NCBI GenBank assembly: GCA_950097015.1
Contig: CATNEN010000035.1
Span: 1,488,001-1,552,000 of the forward strand
Direction of reading: 5' to 3'
DNA length: 64,000 bases
Origin: Macrostomum hystrix
Lineage: Eukaryota > Animalia > Platyhelminthes
The notes under the pieces are model-generated. The model was not told the origin of the DNA and did not search any database. It saw only the letters and a program-made list of their open reading frames with translations. A program made the position numbers and the translations under genes. Of the stretch, positions 23,753-37,096 are shown in pieces (positions within the stretch are counted from its first letter, which is position 1; each line of letters begins with the position of its first letter).

Positions 23753-26684
23753 AATATGCCAACTTTGATGTACCAACGACTTTCTTCACTCGGCTTCACA
23801 GTAACGAGTGCTAATGAACTCTAGAGAGATCTGAGCTTTGAGTCGAGTTGCGCTGTGTCCGCAGAGGTGCCGATTTTATATTTGAAAACAATCTCCCTTT
23901 TCTGTCTACCAGTGAGCGAGAACTGCTAGACAGGGGGAAACGGCGTGTCTTGTGTTGTTGGCGTGCCACTGGCGTGCAATGAGTCCGCCTTTACTAATTC
24001 CGACTGCCGCTTATGAGAGGAAAGTAGGCTAGCTGGCACAGAGGACAGAGAAGAGACGAAGCACGTGATTCCAATGCGAGGGCGTTGCCTACGCAAATTA
24101 TAAACCCAGCCCATGCCTGCACCCCCGTATTACAACCCCACGGCCAGCCATTTGCTAGCGGCGCTCAGCCAATAGGGTGCATACGACCTTTTGCGAGACA
24201 GTCACATGCTTCGTGAGATGCCTGCCCAAAAAGCCACCCCACCCTTGGCCCCAGTTTGTCTGCGCGCGCGGCGGGGGTGGAAAATCAATGAATGAGGGGG
24301 CGTGAGTACAAAGCAAAAAAACTGACTCCTCTAAAGTCTATCCAACCCTTCCCCTGTCTGGGCCACCCACCCCTCCCGCCCGCCTCTCAGCCGCCCCCTT
24401 GCGCCCAGCCTCTCCCAACTAACCTGGTTAGTTCAAGGCCAGACAGTGAGGGGGATGGAGCTTCCTCTTGGTGTAGAAGAACTTTTCTAGGGCTAAGGCC
24501 TAAGGGCGCAGCAGATTTTGAGGGCGCAAAATCTACTACGAGTATCTGGCACTGGAAGGAAGACGCGGAAGAGAGGCCTGTAGAGAGGAAGTCGGAATTG
24601 GGGACGAACAAGAAAGAGGAGCGATGAAGTAGCACGGCATGCGAATTCCTTTCCTCTTCGGTTGCCGGGGCTCGCGGGGGAGTGGGCTACCCGCCAATAT
24701 GAATAAGCAATGCAAAAATAATGCAGTTAGCTTTGTAAAGTATACAACGGACTTGGCACTGAATTCCCAGACAGGATAAGCTCCCCACTCTCTCATTTAC
24801 GTACTCGTACTTTCTCTGCCAATCCCGATCGGATCTATAAACAAATCCACATTTATTCCAGTCCCAAAAAGCAGTGAGACTTGTGGGATTCGCGCGAACT
24901 GCACACACTGGCACTCCTCCCGTTGCCCCGTGAGCCTGTGCAATTTCGACCTTTCCTAATCCTATTCCTATCCCAGCAACTTCCCTTTTTTCCGCTCAAT
25001 TTGTCTCCCGTTCACTTCCCAAAGCTGTCTCGACCCAGCACTGAGATCCCAAAATCCCTAGTCTGGCTTTTTGACGGCTTTAGTATATACTCGTATAAGT
25101 GCAGAGTGTGCGGGGAGACAGACAGTGCAAGTGAATTGGTGAAGCTAGCAGTTGGCCCATACGCCACATATCCCCCTGACTGACGCATTGGAAGTTGTGC
25201 CCGCTTCCCAGTCTTATTGCCTGTTTTATGTGCACAGAGGCATTAAAATACTGTCCAACTTTTCTCCTGGGCTCGCAAGATCGAGCCTGGTGGGGGTGCA
25301 AATGTCAGACACCGCGCCACCAACGCTACCAACACGGCACCCGGCACCGATCTCTAACAACGCGCGCAAATGTCCCTCCTCCTTCCACTGCCCCTCCTAA
25401 TCCCTAGAGGGAGATCTCCTGTCTCTTCCTGCAGTGGATATCCCAATAGCAACTATGGTAGGAGGGAACTGCATGGACTGACAGCTGCTGGGTGAACTGA
25501 GTGTATCAGGTGAGGGTAACAGTCTGGCGCCAAATGGCTGAGTAAGGAGCGCCCTGACCCCAACTGCTGGCGTGAATTATTAATTATGAGCTTTCGGGTA
25601 CACAAGATGATACAGGCTTCGGCCTTCTCCCGACCCATCATGCTCTAAAGAAATCCAGTGGTACAGCGCGGGCTTTGAGTTTTTCAGTTGCTCACTGCTT
25701 CGAATTGGCACTACCAGCTGGAACACGTGACCGGCTATTGTGGACAGGTCGGGGGTTGAAAAATCGACAATGCAGCTGGTGCAGGCACAGGTACAAGAAT
25801 TATGGAATTTAGTGCAAGCAGTTTGTCTTAAGCAGAAGTGTTCAACAATTAGAATTGTCCAAAATTCTCTTTGATTCCGCACAAGGGATGCTCCCAACAT
25901 CCCTCTGGCAATTATTCCGCCCCCTCAAATTCTCACATGGTTGAGCAGATGCCTGAGCAGCTATTGTCTGCAATTGGCCTTCATGCGTCTTAGCATCTTC
26001 ACCCAGTTTTCTTATCGATTTCGCAGAAACACATCACTTGACTTGTCTATCTGAATACAGACCGGTAACCCGTATCTCATTAATTCTAAAAATCCACATG
26101 CCTAACCCCGCTTCAAATAGGTGCCACTTTCACCATGTCCTAAGCCTCTTTCCTATTTATAATCTTTAGAATCTCCTGCTTTTTATAGTTTCCTTCTCAT
26201 TCTCCTCTTCTCCCGAAATGCCTACTATTTCCCAATGCCATCGACCCGGCCAGCCCAGTCTCCTAGAAACTTGGCAGTTCTCTTGCGCGCATGCAGAGCA
26301 CTAAGAAAGTGCACGAGCCAACTGAGGCCAAGATGGAGGGAGGCGACAGGGCGCGAGAGGAAGAGAACGGCGGCCAAAGGGAGACGAGACAAGTCTGGGG
26401 CAAGGAGTTTTAGGGAACCCGATAGGGACAGGCCACAAGAGGAAAATTGGGAGCGACATGGCCAAGTTTGCACTTTCGGGTGGGGGGAGATTCACGTGAC
26501 TTTCCTGTTAGAGCGATGCGGTCTGACAGACTATGCCCAGCGTCGCGTTTTTTTAAGGACACGGCGCGAGGGGTATCGGATTCAGAGTGGCCATCTGAAC
26601 TGCCCAGCAGAACTGCAAACGGATGCCCAAGAAGCTGGGGAGACCAGGCACCTGTTGACAGTGTCCTCCGACCTCCGACCCCTG

Positions 26685-27150
26685 TCTTATCTCTCCCCTG
26701 TCTCATCTCTCCCCTTTCTTATCTCTTCCCTGTCTCATCTCTCCCCTTTCTTATCTCTTCCCTGTCTCATCTCTCCCCTGTCTCATCTCTCCCCTGTCTT
26801 ATCTCTCCCTGTCTTATCTCTCCCCTGTCTCATCTCTCCCCTGTCTCATCTCTCCCTGTCTCATCTCTCCCCTGTCTCATCTCTCCCCTGTCTCATCTCT
26901 CCCCTGTCTTATCTCTCCCCTGTCTTATCTCTTCCCTGTCTCATCTCTCCCCTGTCTCATCTCTCCCCTGTCTCATCTCTCCCTGTCTCATCTCTCCCCT
27001 GTCTCATCGATCTCTCCCCTGTCTCGTCTCTCCCCTGTCTCATCTCTCCCCTGTCTCGTCTCTCCCCTGTCTCATCTCTCCCCTGTCTCGTCTCTCCCCT
27101 GTCTGTCTCGTCTCTTCCCTGTCTCATCTCTCCCCTGTCTCATATCTCCA
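26685..27150. repeat. 16-bp CT-rich minisatellite (TCTCATCTCTCCCCTG)
   Basis: Direct reading; same unit as 51144-52470. Confidence 0.95.
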
Positions 27151-28339
27151 GTCTTATGTCTTCAATGTCTCATCAAGTTGACTTTTGTATATTTGTCTCT
27201 CGAGATATATGCGGGTACCGGTTCCCTGATCAATACGAGCTATAAAAGCGTAAAAATTCCAAATGAGGAAAATCTGTGACGTGATTACTCAGAAGTCAGC
27301 AAAATGCAAACCGAAAGTTGCTTTCGCCTAGTTTTCCTTCCAAGAAAGTTTTCATTCCACTCGACCAGCTCACAGTGTGTTTTGGGTAATCCGAACAGAT
27401 TCAAGTTTTGTCCTTAAATGTGACGATATATTGAAGGTGAAAAGCATCTCTTTCTAGAAATCAAACGAGTCAGTCGATTTCGCTGGTGTAGTCAGATCTA
27501 GGTCAAGTTCCGTTTGAGTCTATCAAACATAAGCGAGCCAATTAAAATATTTCGCTTCATTGAATATTGATTCATAAATTAATACAACCGTTGAATTTCA
27601 AATCCGCTTTTGGGTTTCATTTCTGGCTGCCTAGGCAGGCAGATTCACTTTTTAAAGTGGGGCAAAATAGGTGCAACTCGAGTTTTGATTTTAAAACGGT
27701 ACAATTTAATGCCGAATTGCGGCCTCGAACCTTGTTGAATGCACCTTTGCCATCGCCAATTAATGGAAGAGTGCATATTCCGTCTGTTCGCTCCTGAGTT
27801 AATCGCGAACTCTTAACGCCCACCCAATCGACAAAAGGCCGAGCGGATTCAAAAGTACAAAAGCGGGGCAAAGGACCGTATTACCTGTGGAATTCCTAAT
27901 TAGCTAGTACTTTTCGACATCACAGGAATCGATTGCTGTCTGTCAATCAAACATATCGTATTACATGAAGCAGGAGGTAGGGAATAGTGATGACAGAAAT
28001 TAATAATTTACATGAGTACATGACTAGTCATCCGCTCCTCGCAGACCGGAAGTAATTTTGTGGCCAATTTGACGAGAGCAGAGACGTGACATCCCTTTCC
28101 ATGTCGCGTCTGTCACAATAAACTGTGAGTACTTTAATTGACTTATCCCAATGCAGTGCAAAATCGTAGCTCGTAGCTAGCGAGCGTAAAGGGAATTAGT
28201 GAAACCGATGCTTATCAAAATTAGAATTGTCCAAAATTCTCTTTGATTCCGCACAAGGATGCTCCCAACTTTGGTATCCAAAAAGTTGAACAAAAGTCGA
28301 CCTAGACAGAATGGGACTGACTTGTGAGACGAGACAGCG

Positions 28340-28570
28340 ACCTGTTAGATAGGGTGCTAACCTGTTAGATAGGGTGCTAACCTGTTAGATAGGGTGCTAA
28401 CCTGTTAGATAGGGTGCTAACCTGTTAGATAGGGTGCCAACCTGTTAGATAGGGTGCTAACCTGTTAGATAGGGTGCTAACCTGTTAGATAGGGTGCCAA
28501 CCGGTTAGATAGGGTGTTTACTTGTTAGATAGGGTGTTCATATGTTACATAGTTTAGCTGTTAGATAGGG
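28340..28570. repeat. 20-bp minisatellite (ACCTGTTAGATAGGGTGCTA)
   Basis: Direct reading; its reverse complement resembles the 60560-61100 array. Confidence 0.9.
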
Positions 28571-29299
28571 AGCTAACCAGCATGTTAGGCAAGGTGTCAG
28601 CATGTTAGGCAGGTTGTCAAAATGTTTACAAGAAAAGTCCTACCCGTACTCAAAGGGCCCTAAGTAGGCCAAGTAGTCAATAGTTATAGTCAATAAGTCA
28701 ATAGTTAAATATTGTATCCAAAAAGCATGACGATTCCGGTCGCTAACGGTTAGCTCGAGACTCGAGAGTCGGCAGGCAAAAGCAACCGTGAGCAGCCAAG
28801 CGTAAAGAAAAAAAAAACAGACGCGCCAAGAAAAGTGCAAAAGGACTTTTATGTTTTGTGTTTACGTTTATGGCTTGTTTACAAATGAAAGCCCCGGGGG
28901 GGGCTCCGGACGCGTCTGGCGAAGTTGGCCAAAGTAGGCGCCTGGCAGGCTGGGTTAACCTCAACTCCTCGGTGTTCCAACTTCTAACCCCACTATAACT
29001 CATTTGAGTCATTGCTCACTTTGATTTGCTCGCCTGACCCGTGATTGAATCAAAAAGCAGCAGCAGCGGAAGTAGAGAAAGAAAATTGGCAAGAAAAAAG
29101 AAAGTCTGACCTTTGAAGTCACGATAGGCAACAATCAAACCTCGGTTGCAACTTGCAAGTCATCATTTATAGTCACGGCGAATCACTAACAGTGCCAGCT
29201 ATTTGCGAGTGATCATGGAGCAGAGACTGAGAAACTAGAAATACAATTACGCTCAAATTTAAGGTTTGGGACTAACACTGATCTGAGATCTCAAATAGG

Positions 29300-30148
29300 G
29301 TGCTAGATCAGCTAGAACATAGAGAGATTTGAGATGGGTCAGCTAGAACATAGAGAGATTTGAGATGGATCAGCTAGATCAGAGAGAGATTTGAGATGGA
29401 TCAGCTAGATCAGAGAGAGATTTGAGATGGATCAGCTAGATCAGAGAGATTTGAGATGGATCAGCTAGAACATAGAGAGATTTGAGATGGATCAGCTAGA
29501 TCAGATAGAGATTTGAGATGGATCAGCTAGATCAGAGAGAGATTTGAGATGGATCAGCTAGATCAGAGAGATTTGAGATGGATCAGCTAGATCAGATAGA
29601 GATTTGAGATGGATCAGCTAGATCAGAGAGAGATTTGAGATGGATCAGCTAGATCAGAGAGAGATTTGAGATGGATCAGCTAGATCAGAGAGAGATTTGA
29701 GATGGATCAGCTAGATCAGAGAGATTTGAGATGGATCAGCTAGAACAGAGAGAGATTTGAGATGGATCAGCTAGATCAGAGAGAGATTTGAGATGGATCA
29801 GCTAGATCAGAGAGATTTGAGATGGATCAGCTAGATCAGAGAGAGATTTGAGATGGATCAGCTAGATCAGAGAGATTTGAGATGGATCAGCTAGAACATA
29901 GAGAGATTTGAGATGGATCAGCTAGATCAGATAGAGATTTGAGATGGATCAGCTAGATCGGAGAGAGATTTGAGATGGATCAGCTAGATCAGAGAGATTT
30001 GAGATGGATCAGCTAGATCAGAGAGAGATTTGAGATGGATCAGCTAGATCAAGAGAGATTTTAGATGGATCAGCTAGATCAGGGATATTTGAGATGGATC
30101 AGCTAGATCAGAGAGAGATTTGAGATGGATCAGCTAGATCAGAGAGAG
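29300..30148. repeat. 29/31-bp minisatellite (GAGATGGATCAGCTAGATCAGAGAGAGATTT)
   Basis: Direct reading. Confidence 0.95.
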
Positions 30149-30725
30149 ACCAGGTCACAGAGGGTTCAGTAATGATGATCATACATCACTAATTAGTTTA
30201 AGATAATTGGCAGTTTGATTAGGAATGCAACCAACAAGCTGAGAGCAGGTTGCGATACAAAGCCTGTGTTTTTCGTATTTCTGAACTCAGCTGACCTGAG
30301 AGAAACATGCCGCTTGTGTCTGAAATGAATAAATGCGTAGGAGTGAAAAATGCAGACTTGGATACCGCGCATCAGAAAATGCATAAAGTTAGGCATCAGT
30401 GAATCAGACGATGACAGCGGAAATACAAACTAAAAATGCTGGATTGATCAATGAGTAGGGAGAACACTTGTATTAGAGTATGCAAGTTGAGCTGCTATAG
30501 CTCGTATTTATTAAACTGCAAATAATTATTTTCCATACAAAGAAAGCAAACGAATCATTTCTCTGCAAGTACGGCAATATATTACAAGCAGATACGCTGA
30601 AATAAAGTTTTCTTCAACAGACACTATAAAAATTTTCTCAGCAGTAGCAGCACAATTTATTCTCGTTGAGAGTATACTCGTTGATTGCACCTTGCTCCAA
30701 TTGTTTGCTCCAACGAATGATGGCA

Positions 30726-30862
30726 CCCAGTGAACAGCTGGATGAGCTCAAGCAATGCTGAGTTATTTTCCTTGCTAAAGAGACACAGATTTTTCCAGTC
30801 GGGAATCGAATCCCCGACCTTCAAGTCGTGAGTGCGACACTCTAACCACTAAGCTACGCCCT
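30726..30862 (-). mobile_element. SINE head and core
   Basis: Reverse-complement match to the family head (tRNA-like A/B boxes). Confidence 0.7.
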
Positions 30863-31286
30863 TTAAAGAAATGATTAAATAATTTTCGGATTGTTTGAGA
30901 GCATTTGGAGCTCTGTTACTATACTTGTTATACTGACTGAAAGAAAAAAATATATTGCTTTTATGCTCGGATTTTACTACAGTAAGTAAAAAAGTATATT
31001 GAATGTTAATAAACTACTCTCAAGCCACATCAATCTACTCGCTGATTATCTTAAACTTAGCTAGGCTCGTACATGTCGCCAGCTTACTCAAATTTGGGCT
31101 AACTCGAGCGACTCAAACCGAACTCTCGTCAAAATGGGTCCGCTTAGCCTCAGGTAACTTTGCCAACAGAGCGTCATTCTGGTTAACTCCAAAATTTAGA
31201 GAAAATGTTAGTAAATGGCCTCCTAATTACCCTCTTATTTTGGATTGCTTAGAGTTTTCAGGTTAAAGATACATGACTCTACTATA

Positions 31287-32628
31287 GACGCTAAATGACT
31301 CCACCAGACGCTAAATGACTCTACCAGACGCTAAATGACTCTACCAGACGCTAAACGACTCTACACCAGAGGCTACGCACGACTCTCCCAGAGGCTACAA
31401 GATGCTACCAGACGCTAAACGATACGACCAGACGCTAAACGATACTACCAGACGCTAAACGATACGACCAGACGCTAAACGATGCTACCAGACACTAAAC
31501 GATGCTACCAGACGCTAAACGATACTACCAGACGCTAAACGATACGACCAGACGCTAAACGATGCTACCAGACACTAAACGATACTACCAGACGCTAAAC
31601 GATACGACCAGACGCTAAACGATGCTACCAGACGCTAAACGATGCTACCAGACGCTAAACGATACTACCAGACACTAAACGATGCTACCAGACGCTAAAC
31701 GGTGCTACCAGACACTAAACGATGCTACCAGACGCTAAACGATGCTACCAGACGCTAAACGATACTACCAGACGCTAAACGATACTACCAGACGCTAAAC
31801 GATGCTACCGGACGCTAAACGGCGCTAAACGATACTACAAGACGCTAAACGATGCTACCAGACGCTAAACGATGCTACCAGACGCTAAACGATGCTTCCA
31901 GACGCTAAACGATGCTACCAGACGCTAAACAATGCTACCAGACGCTAAACGATGCTACCAGACGCTAAACGATGCTACCAGACGCTAAACAATGATACCA
32001 GACGCTAAACGATGCTACCAGACGCTAAACGATGCTACCAGACGCTAAACGATGCTACCAGACGCTAAACGATGCTACCAGACGCTAAAACGATGCTACC
32101 AGACGCTAAACGATGCTACCAGACGCTAAACGATGCTACCAGACGCTAAACGATGCTACAAGACGCTAAACGATGCTACCAGACGCTAAACGATGCTACC
32201 AGACGCTAAACGGTGCTACCAGACACTAAACGATGCTACCAGACGCTAAACGATGCTACCAGACGCTAAACGATGCTACCAGACGCTAAACGATGCTACC
32301 AGACGCTAAACGATGCTACCAGACGCTAAACGATGCTACCAGACGCTAAACGGTGCTACCAGACACTAAACGATGCTACCAGACGCTAAACGATACTACC
32401 AGATGCTAAACGATACTACCAGACGCTAAACGATACTACCAGACGCTAAACGATACTACCAGACGCTAAACGATGCTACCAGACGCTAAACGATTATAAC
32501 AGACGCTAAACGATTATAACAGACGCTAAACGATTATAACAGACGCTGAACGACTCTAGCTGAGGCTACATGATGATACCAGACGCTAAACGATGCTACC
32601 AGACGCTAAACGATGCTACCAGACGCTA
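31287..32628. repeat. 20-bp minisatellite (CAGACGCTAAACGATGCTAC)
   Basis: Direct reading. Confidence 0.95.
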
Positions 32629-33221
32629 TGTGACTCTGCAAGACGCAAAATGCTATACGTCGCTATGCGAATTGAATTATCTGTCTTTTAATTTCTCAAT
32701 TTTTCTTCGACACAATGCGCATATTGAATGGAAAAAGTGTATTCGAAAAAAGCCACGGCGGCAATTTGAAAGAAATCCGATAAGACTGAACTTGAGTTGA
32801 CTTTCTAGGTAGCATTTAAAAACAAACCTTTAAAGTTTCAATCCCTAAAGGAAGAAATGAGCGATTAAAACTGGCCGTAACCAGTTCTGCAGATAATAAA
32901 AAGATAAAAATGGTAAAAGTGCGAAATTCCTGACCAATCTTGCTAACTACTTCATTTTTGAAAATTCTGAGCTAATGAGAGCGTTATGCAAATATAGGCT
33001 TGGCTTTTTCTAGGAGCAAAAATAGTTTCCATAAAACTAACTTGTCTCACCGCACTGTAACTTAAACATCACGCTAAGTACATTTAAAGAAGGATATAGT
33101 CTAATATCATTTTACTCAGATTTTCAAGGATTACTATTTAATTCTTGTAGTGCACAACATGTCAAACCATGCTGCCTGCAACTCAAATGATTCTCTTGAA
33201 ACCTGTTTACTGATCTGTTGA

Positions 33222-34362
33222 AACCATTCTACTGAAACATTCTGTTTACTTCTCCTGAAACATTCTACTGAAACCTTTTGTTTACTTCTCCTGAAACCAT
33301 TCTACTGAAACATTTTGTTTACTTCTCCTGAAACCATTCTACTGAAACATTCTGTTTACTTCTCCTGAAACATTCTACTGAAACATTCTGTTTACTTCTC
33401 ATGAACGCATTCTACTGAAACATTCTGTTTACTTCTCATGAACGCATTCTACTGAAACTTTCTGTTTACTTCTCATGAACGCATTCTACTGAAACATTCT
33501 GTTTATTTCTCATGAACGCATTCTACTGAAACATTCTGTTTACTTCTCATGAACGCATTCTACTGAAACATTCTGTTTACTTCTCATGAACGCATTCTAC
33601 TGAAACATTCTGTTTACTTCTCCTGAAACCATTCTACTGAAACATTCTGTTTACTTCTCATGAACGCATTCTACTGAAACATTCTGTTTACTTCTCATGA
33701 ACGCATTCTACTGAAACTTTCTGTTTACTTCTCATGAACGCATTCTACTGAAACATTCTGTTTATTTCTCATGAACGCATTCTACTGAAACATTCTGTTT
33801 ACTTCTCATGAACGCATTCTACTGAAACATTCTGTTTACTTCTCATGAAACCATTCTACTTAAACATTCTGTTTACTTCTCCTGAAACATTCTACTGAAA
33901 CCTTTTGTTTACTTCTCCTGAAACCATTCTACTGAAACATTCTGTTTACTTCTCATGAACGCATTCTACTGAAACATTCTGTTTACTTCTCATGAACGCA
34001 TTCTACTGAAACATTCTGTTTACTTCTCATGAACGCATTCTACTGAAACATTCTGTTTACTTCTCATGAACGCATTCTACTGAAACATTCTGTTTACTTC
34101 TCATGAAACCATTCTACTTAAACATTCTGTTTACTTCTCATGAACGCATTCTACTGAAACATTCTGTTTACTTCTCATGAACGCATTCTACTGAAACATT
34201 CTGTTTACTTCTCATGAAAGCATTCTACTGAAACATTCTGTTTACTTCTCATGAACGCATTCTACTGAAACATTCTGTTTACTTCTCATGAACGCATTCT
34301 ACTGAAACATTCTGTTTACTTCTCATGAACGCATTCTACTGAAACATTCTGTTTATTTCTCC
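33222..34362. repeat. 37-bp minisatellite (CTACTGAAACATTCTGTTTACTTCTCATGAACGCATT)
   Basis: Direct reading. Confidence 0.95.
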
Positions 34363-34524
34363 TGAAAGCCATGTCCTTGAAACCTCTGAAACCTATAACT
34401 GCTTACTTTTCCTGAAACAAGCAGTATGTCGAATCCCAAATCCGAAGGGATCTGTTAAAGGGATCTGGCAGGATTTCTAATTCAAAGCCTACCATTTCCG
34501 GTCTGCAGGTGGTTAGTTAGCAGT

Positions 34525-34765
34525 GGAATATGAAGCCAAGTCTGCAGGAGGTCTTGCTGTACACGCAGCAGGGCCCGTTCCGGCGGGGGCAGGCGCGGAC
34601 CCGGAGGTTCGTCGACTGTCTGACAGAAGACGCAAGGGCGCCTGATCAGATCAATGGCGCTACCTTCATCAGAGACTGCGCAGCTAAGCGTGCTTTTTGA
34701 CAATGTCCCCCTTTCCTGACCACTTGTGGCCGGTGGCCATTGTATTTATTGTATTGTATTGTATG
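34525..34765 (+). mobile_element. 3' end of an RTE-like LINE with an (ATTGT)n tail
   Basis: SLQEVLLYTQQGPFRRGQARTRRFVDCLTED resembles RTE C-termini; followed by attgtatttattgtattgtattgta. Confidence 0.55.
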
Positions 34766-35780
34766 AAGCCAATGAGCAGTCTGAGTGGCTGCACGTCAAC
34801 TGGAAAGCGCTCATACTGAAGGACTAAACAAGAAGCGCAAATTGTCAGACCAGACCTTGAGCTGCGTGTGATTCACCCCCTTTGAAGCGAAGCGAGTTCA
34901 AACGTGTAAACAGAAAGAAAACCTTTCTAACAGCGACTCGTTTTTTAAAGACAGTGTATTTAGTTATTCCCCCATGCAGAGTGAGAATGCTAGTTGAATG
35001 GTAATTGTGCGCGGCACTCGCACAAATGACAATGGCCAAAGCAGTCACAGCAGAAATTGTGTTTCATAAGCTTATATACTTTACTGGCAAGGAAACTTGT
35101 CTACTTGGCAGCGGCAGTTAAGATCGCCTCTGTTGAGTTAAAAGGCACTCAGTTGAACTCACAGACCAACACTCTTTCAACATGAATTAGCTTCGCTACA
35201 CAATCAATGTTGGATTCCTCCTGGTTCAGATCCCAGTAATCCCATGAACGCGTGCATGGGATATCACACAAATTGAAGCACTTTCTATTTTTATGGCCTG
35301 TTTGTTAACGAGCGCAGTAGTGGTCACAACCACGATTATGAATCCAATTTGCACTAAACCGAACCTAAAATGTTAATGTGTTTAAATTCTGTCAAAAAAC
35401 GAGTAGTTAATTTTCCTGCATCGATTGGTTCTCTAAGATAATTCAGGAAAGATATTAGCTGCAGGACAATTACATTATTAGTTTAAATTCAAGATAGTCA
35501 TACTTATCAACTGGCATCATCAGTTTAACTAATAATGCCAGTTGAATTTTGACCTAGTTTTTTAGCCTTTGCATTAGTCTACAAAGTCATGCGAACCATT
35601 GTGCTGAGCAGACCTAGAAGCGAAATAGGCAAAAACCTGTTGAAAATTGAGAGTGGAGAGACAAGTGACTTTAGGGTCAACAGATCCCCAGTCCATGGTC
35701 TGAACGGCTGTACGCAGCCTTTGGAACTGGGTCAAGTGTCATTTCAATTCTGTCGCTTTACCTCGAACATAATGCATGAT

Positions 35781-36108
35781 TATGTAGAGGTTGTAGCCTA
35801 GTGGTTAGGGCGTCGGACTCACGAATTGAAGGTCGGGGGTTCGATTCCCGACTCCACTGGAACAATTTGCGTCCTTTAGCAAGACACTTAGCTCTGCATT
35901 GCTTCAGTTCACCCAGCTGTTAAATGGGTACCAGCATCAGCTGGGATAATTGAAGGTGGGTGTGGCGTCCCCCCAGTCCGTGGACTGAACAGCTGTACGC
36001 AGCCTTCAGATGCGCCGCGCATTAGCTGCGGCTGTGCTGTCGGCTGCACATCTGACCCAATTGGGGCAGGTGTAATCAATTATTATTATTATTCAATTAT
36101 TAATTATT
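35781..36108 (+). mobile_element. Full-length tRNA-derived CORE-like SINE with 12-bp target-site duplication
   Basis: A box TAGCCTAGTGG, B box GGTTCGATTCC, CORE-like body and (TTA)n tail. ATAATGCATGAT occurs at 35769-35780 and 36109-36120. Confidence 0.85.
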
Positions 36109-36664
36109 ATAATGCATGATGCTAGCATGACACTAATAGTTTTTTTGTGTTCTTTGCTGTGCGTGGCCCGCAACATGTAAATTCAGAGCTGGCCTACTCG
36201 CACAGTTCATATCATAGGCGCACACTGTGGCTGCAGGGAGTGCGCAGCCAACCAGTTTCAATAGCAGAGCAAGGGGCGGCAGCTGCAGAGCCGTAGAGAC
36301 GTGGAGGAGACGCGTTGCGGTTGAAGACACGCAAGACTGTCAGTTGTCTGACTGACTGACAGCTGCTAACAAAAATTCCTCTAATGTTGTTGCCTAGCCG
36401 CATATACACATATGGTTTTGTGGTATTCTGTGCACAATGGAATACAATATTCTTTGCCTTATATTCTGTTCTACACCCAGAGGCCAGATTACAGGGCTCC
36501 GGCTGCTTAAAAAACTCCACAGATAATGCGAACAATAAGAAGCTAGTTACAAATGCCAGCACTCTGAATACCCTTTTGAGTCAATATATTTTAGAGTTAT
36601 CTTAATAAAACTAATTCGTTCATTATTCAACCCCGACTAGTATGAGTGCGAACCTAATAAACAA

Positions 36665-36695
<31 letters not shown>

Positions 36696-36700
36696 CAACA
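36665..36700. repeat. (CAG)n(CAA)n microsatellite
   Basis: Direct reading. Confidence 0.85.
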
Positions 36701-37096
36701 ATAACAGTGATAACTAAGGAGAAAGCCTTCTATTCGAGATCTTATATAGAACACTATCTGGTAGCTTAGGACGCGAAAACTGGAACCTAGCATACTGAAT
36801 GAAGCGGTATCAGTGAATATTATCAGTAGAATTCAGAATCTGTATTCAATTGTTCTACTTTATTAGGATGTTTTATTTCATACAGCATCCAACTGGTAGG
36901 GCAAAAATATGACCTCCGATTCTCTGGGGTAAAATAAGTCATCTAAAAATCTCTATGAAAACGGATAAAATACTAACGTAGAAGGTTGATTTTTAAAGGT
37001 TAATTATAATTATTGCTAAACAATCGAAACATCTACTGTCAGTAGCTAAAAAGTGTGTCAATTTTTTTGTACGAATCTAAAAAAAACGAAAATAGT

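Noticed and set aside
24292-26680. GC-rich short ORFs as retroelement or gene remnants
   Set aside because: No diagnostic motif found; the element type cannot be supported.
35787-35862. tRNA gene
   Set aside because: The tRNA-like head runs into a SINE core and tail and recurs in many decayed copies.
35100-36562. Cys-containing, signal-like minus-strand stretches (GCDHYC; MLAFVTSFLLFALS..)
   Set aside because: I could not build a consistent spliced ORF; an in-frame stop interrupts the best frame.
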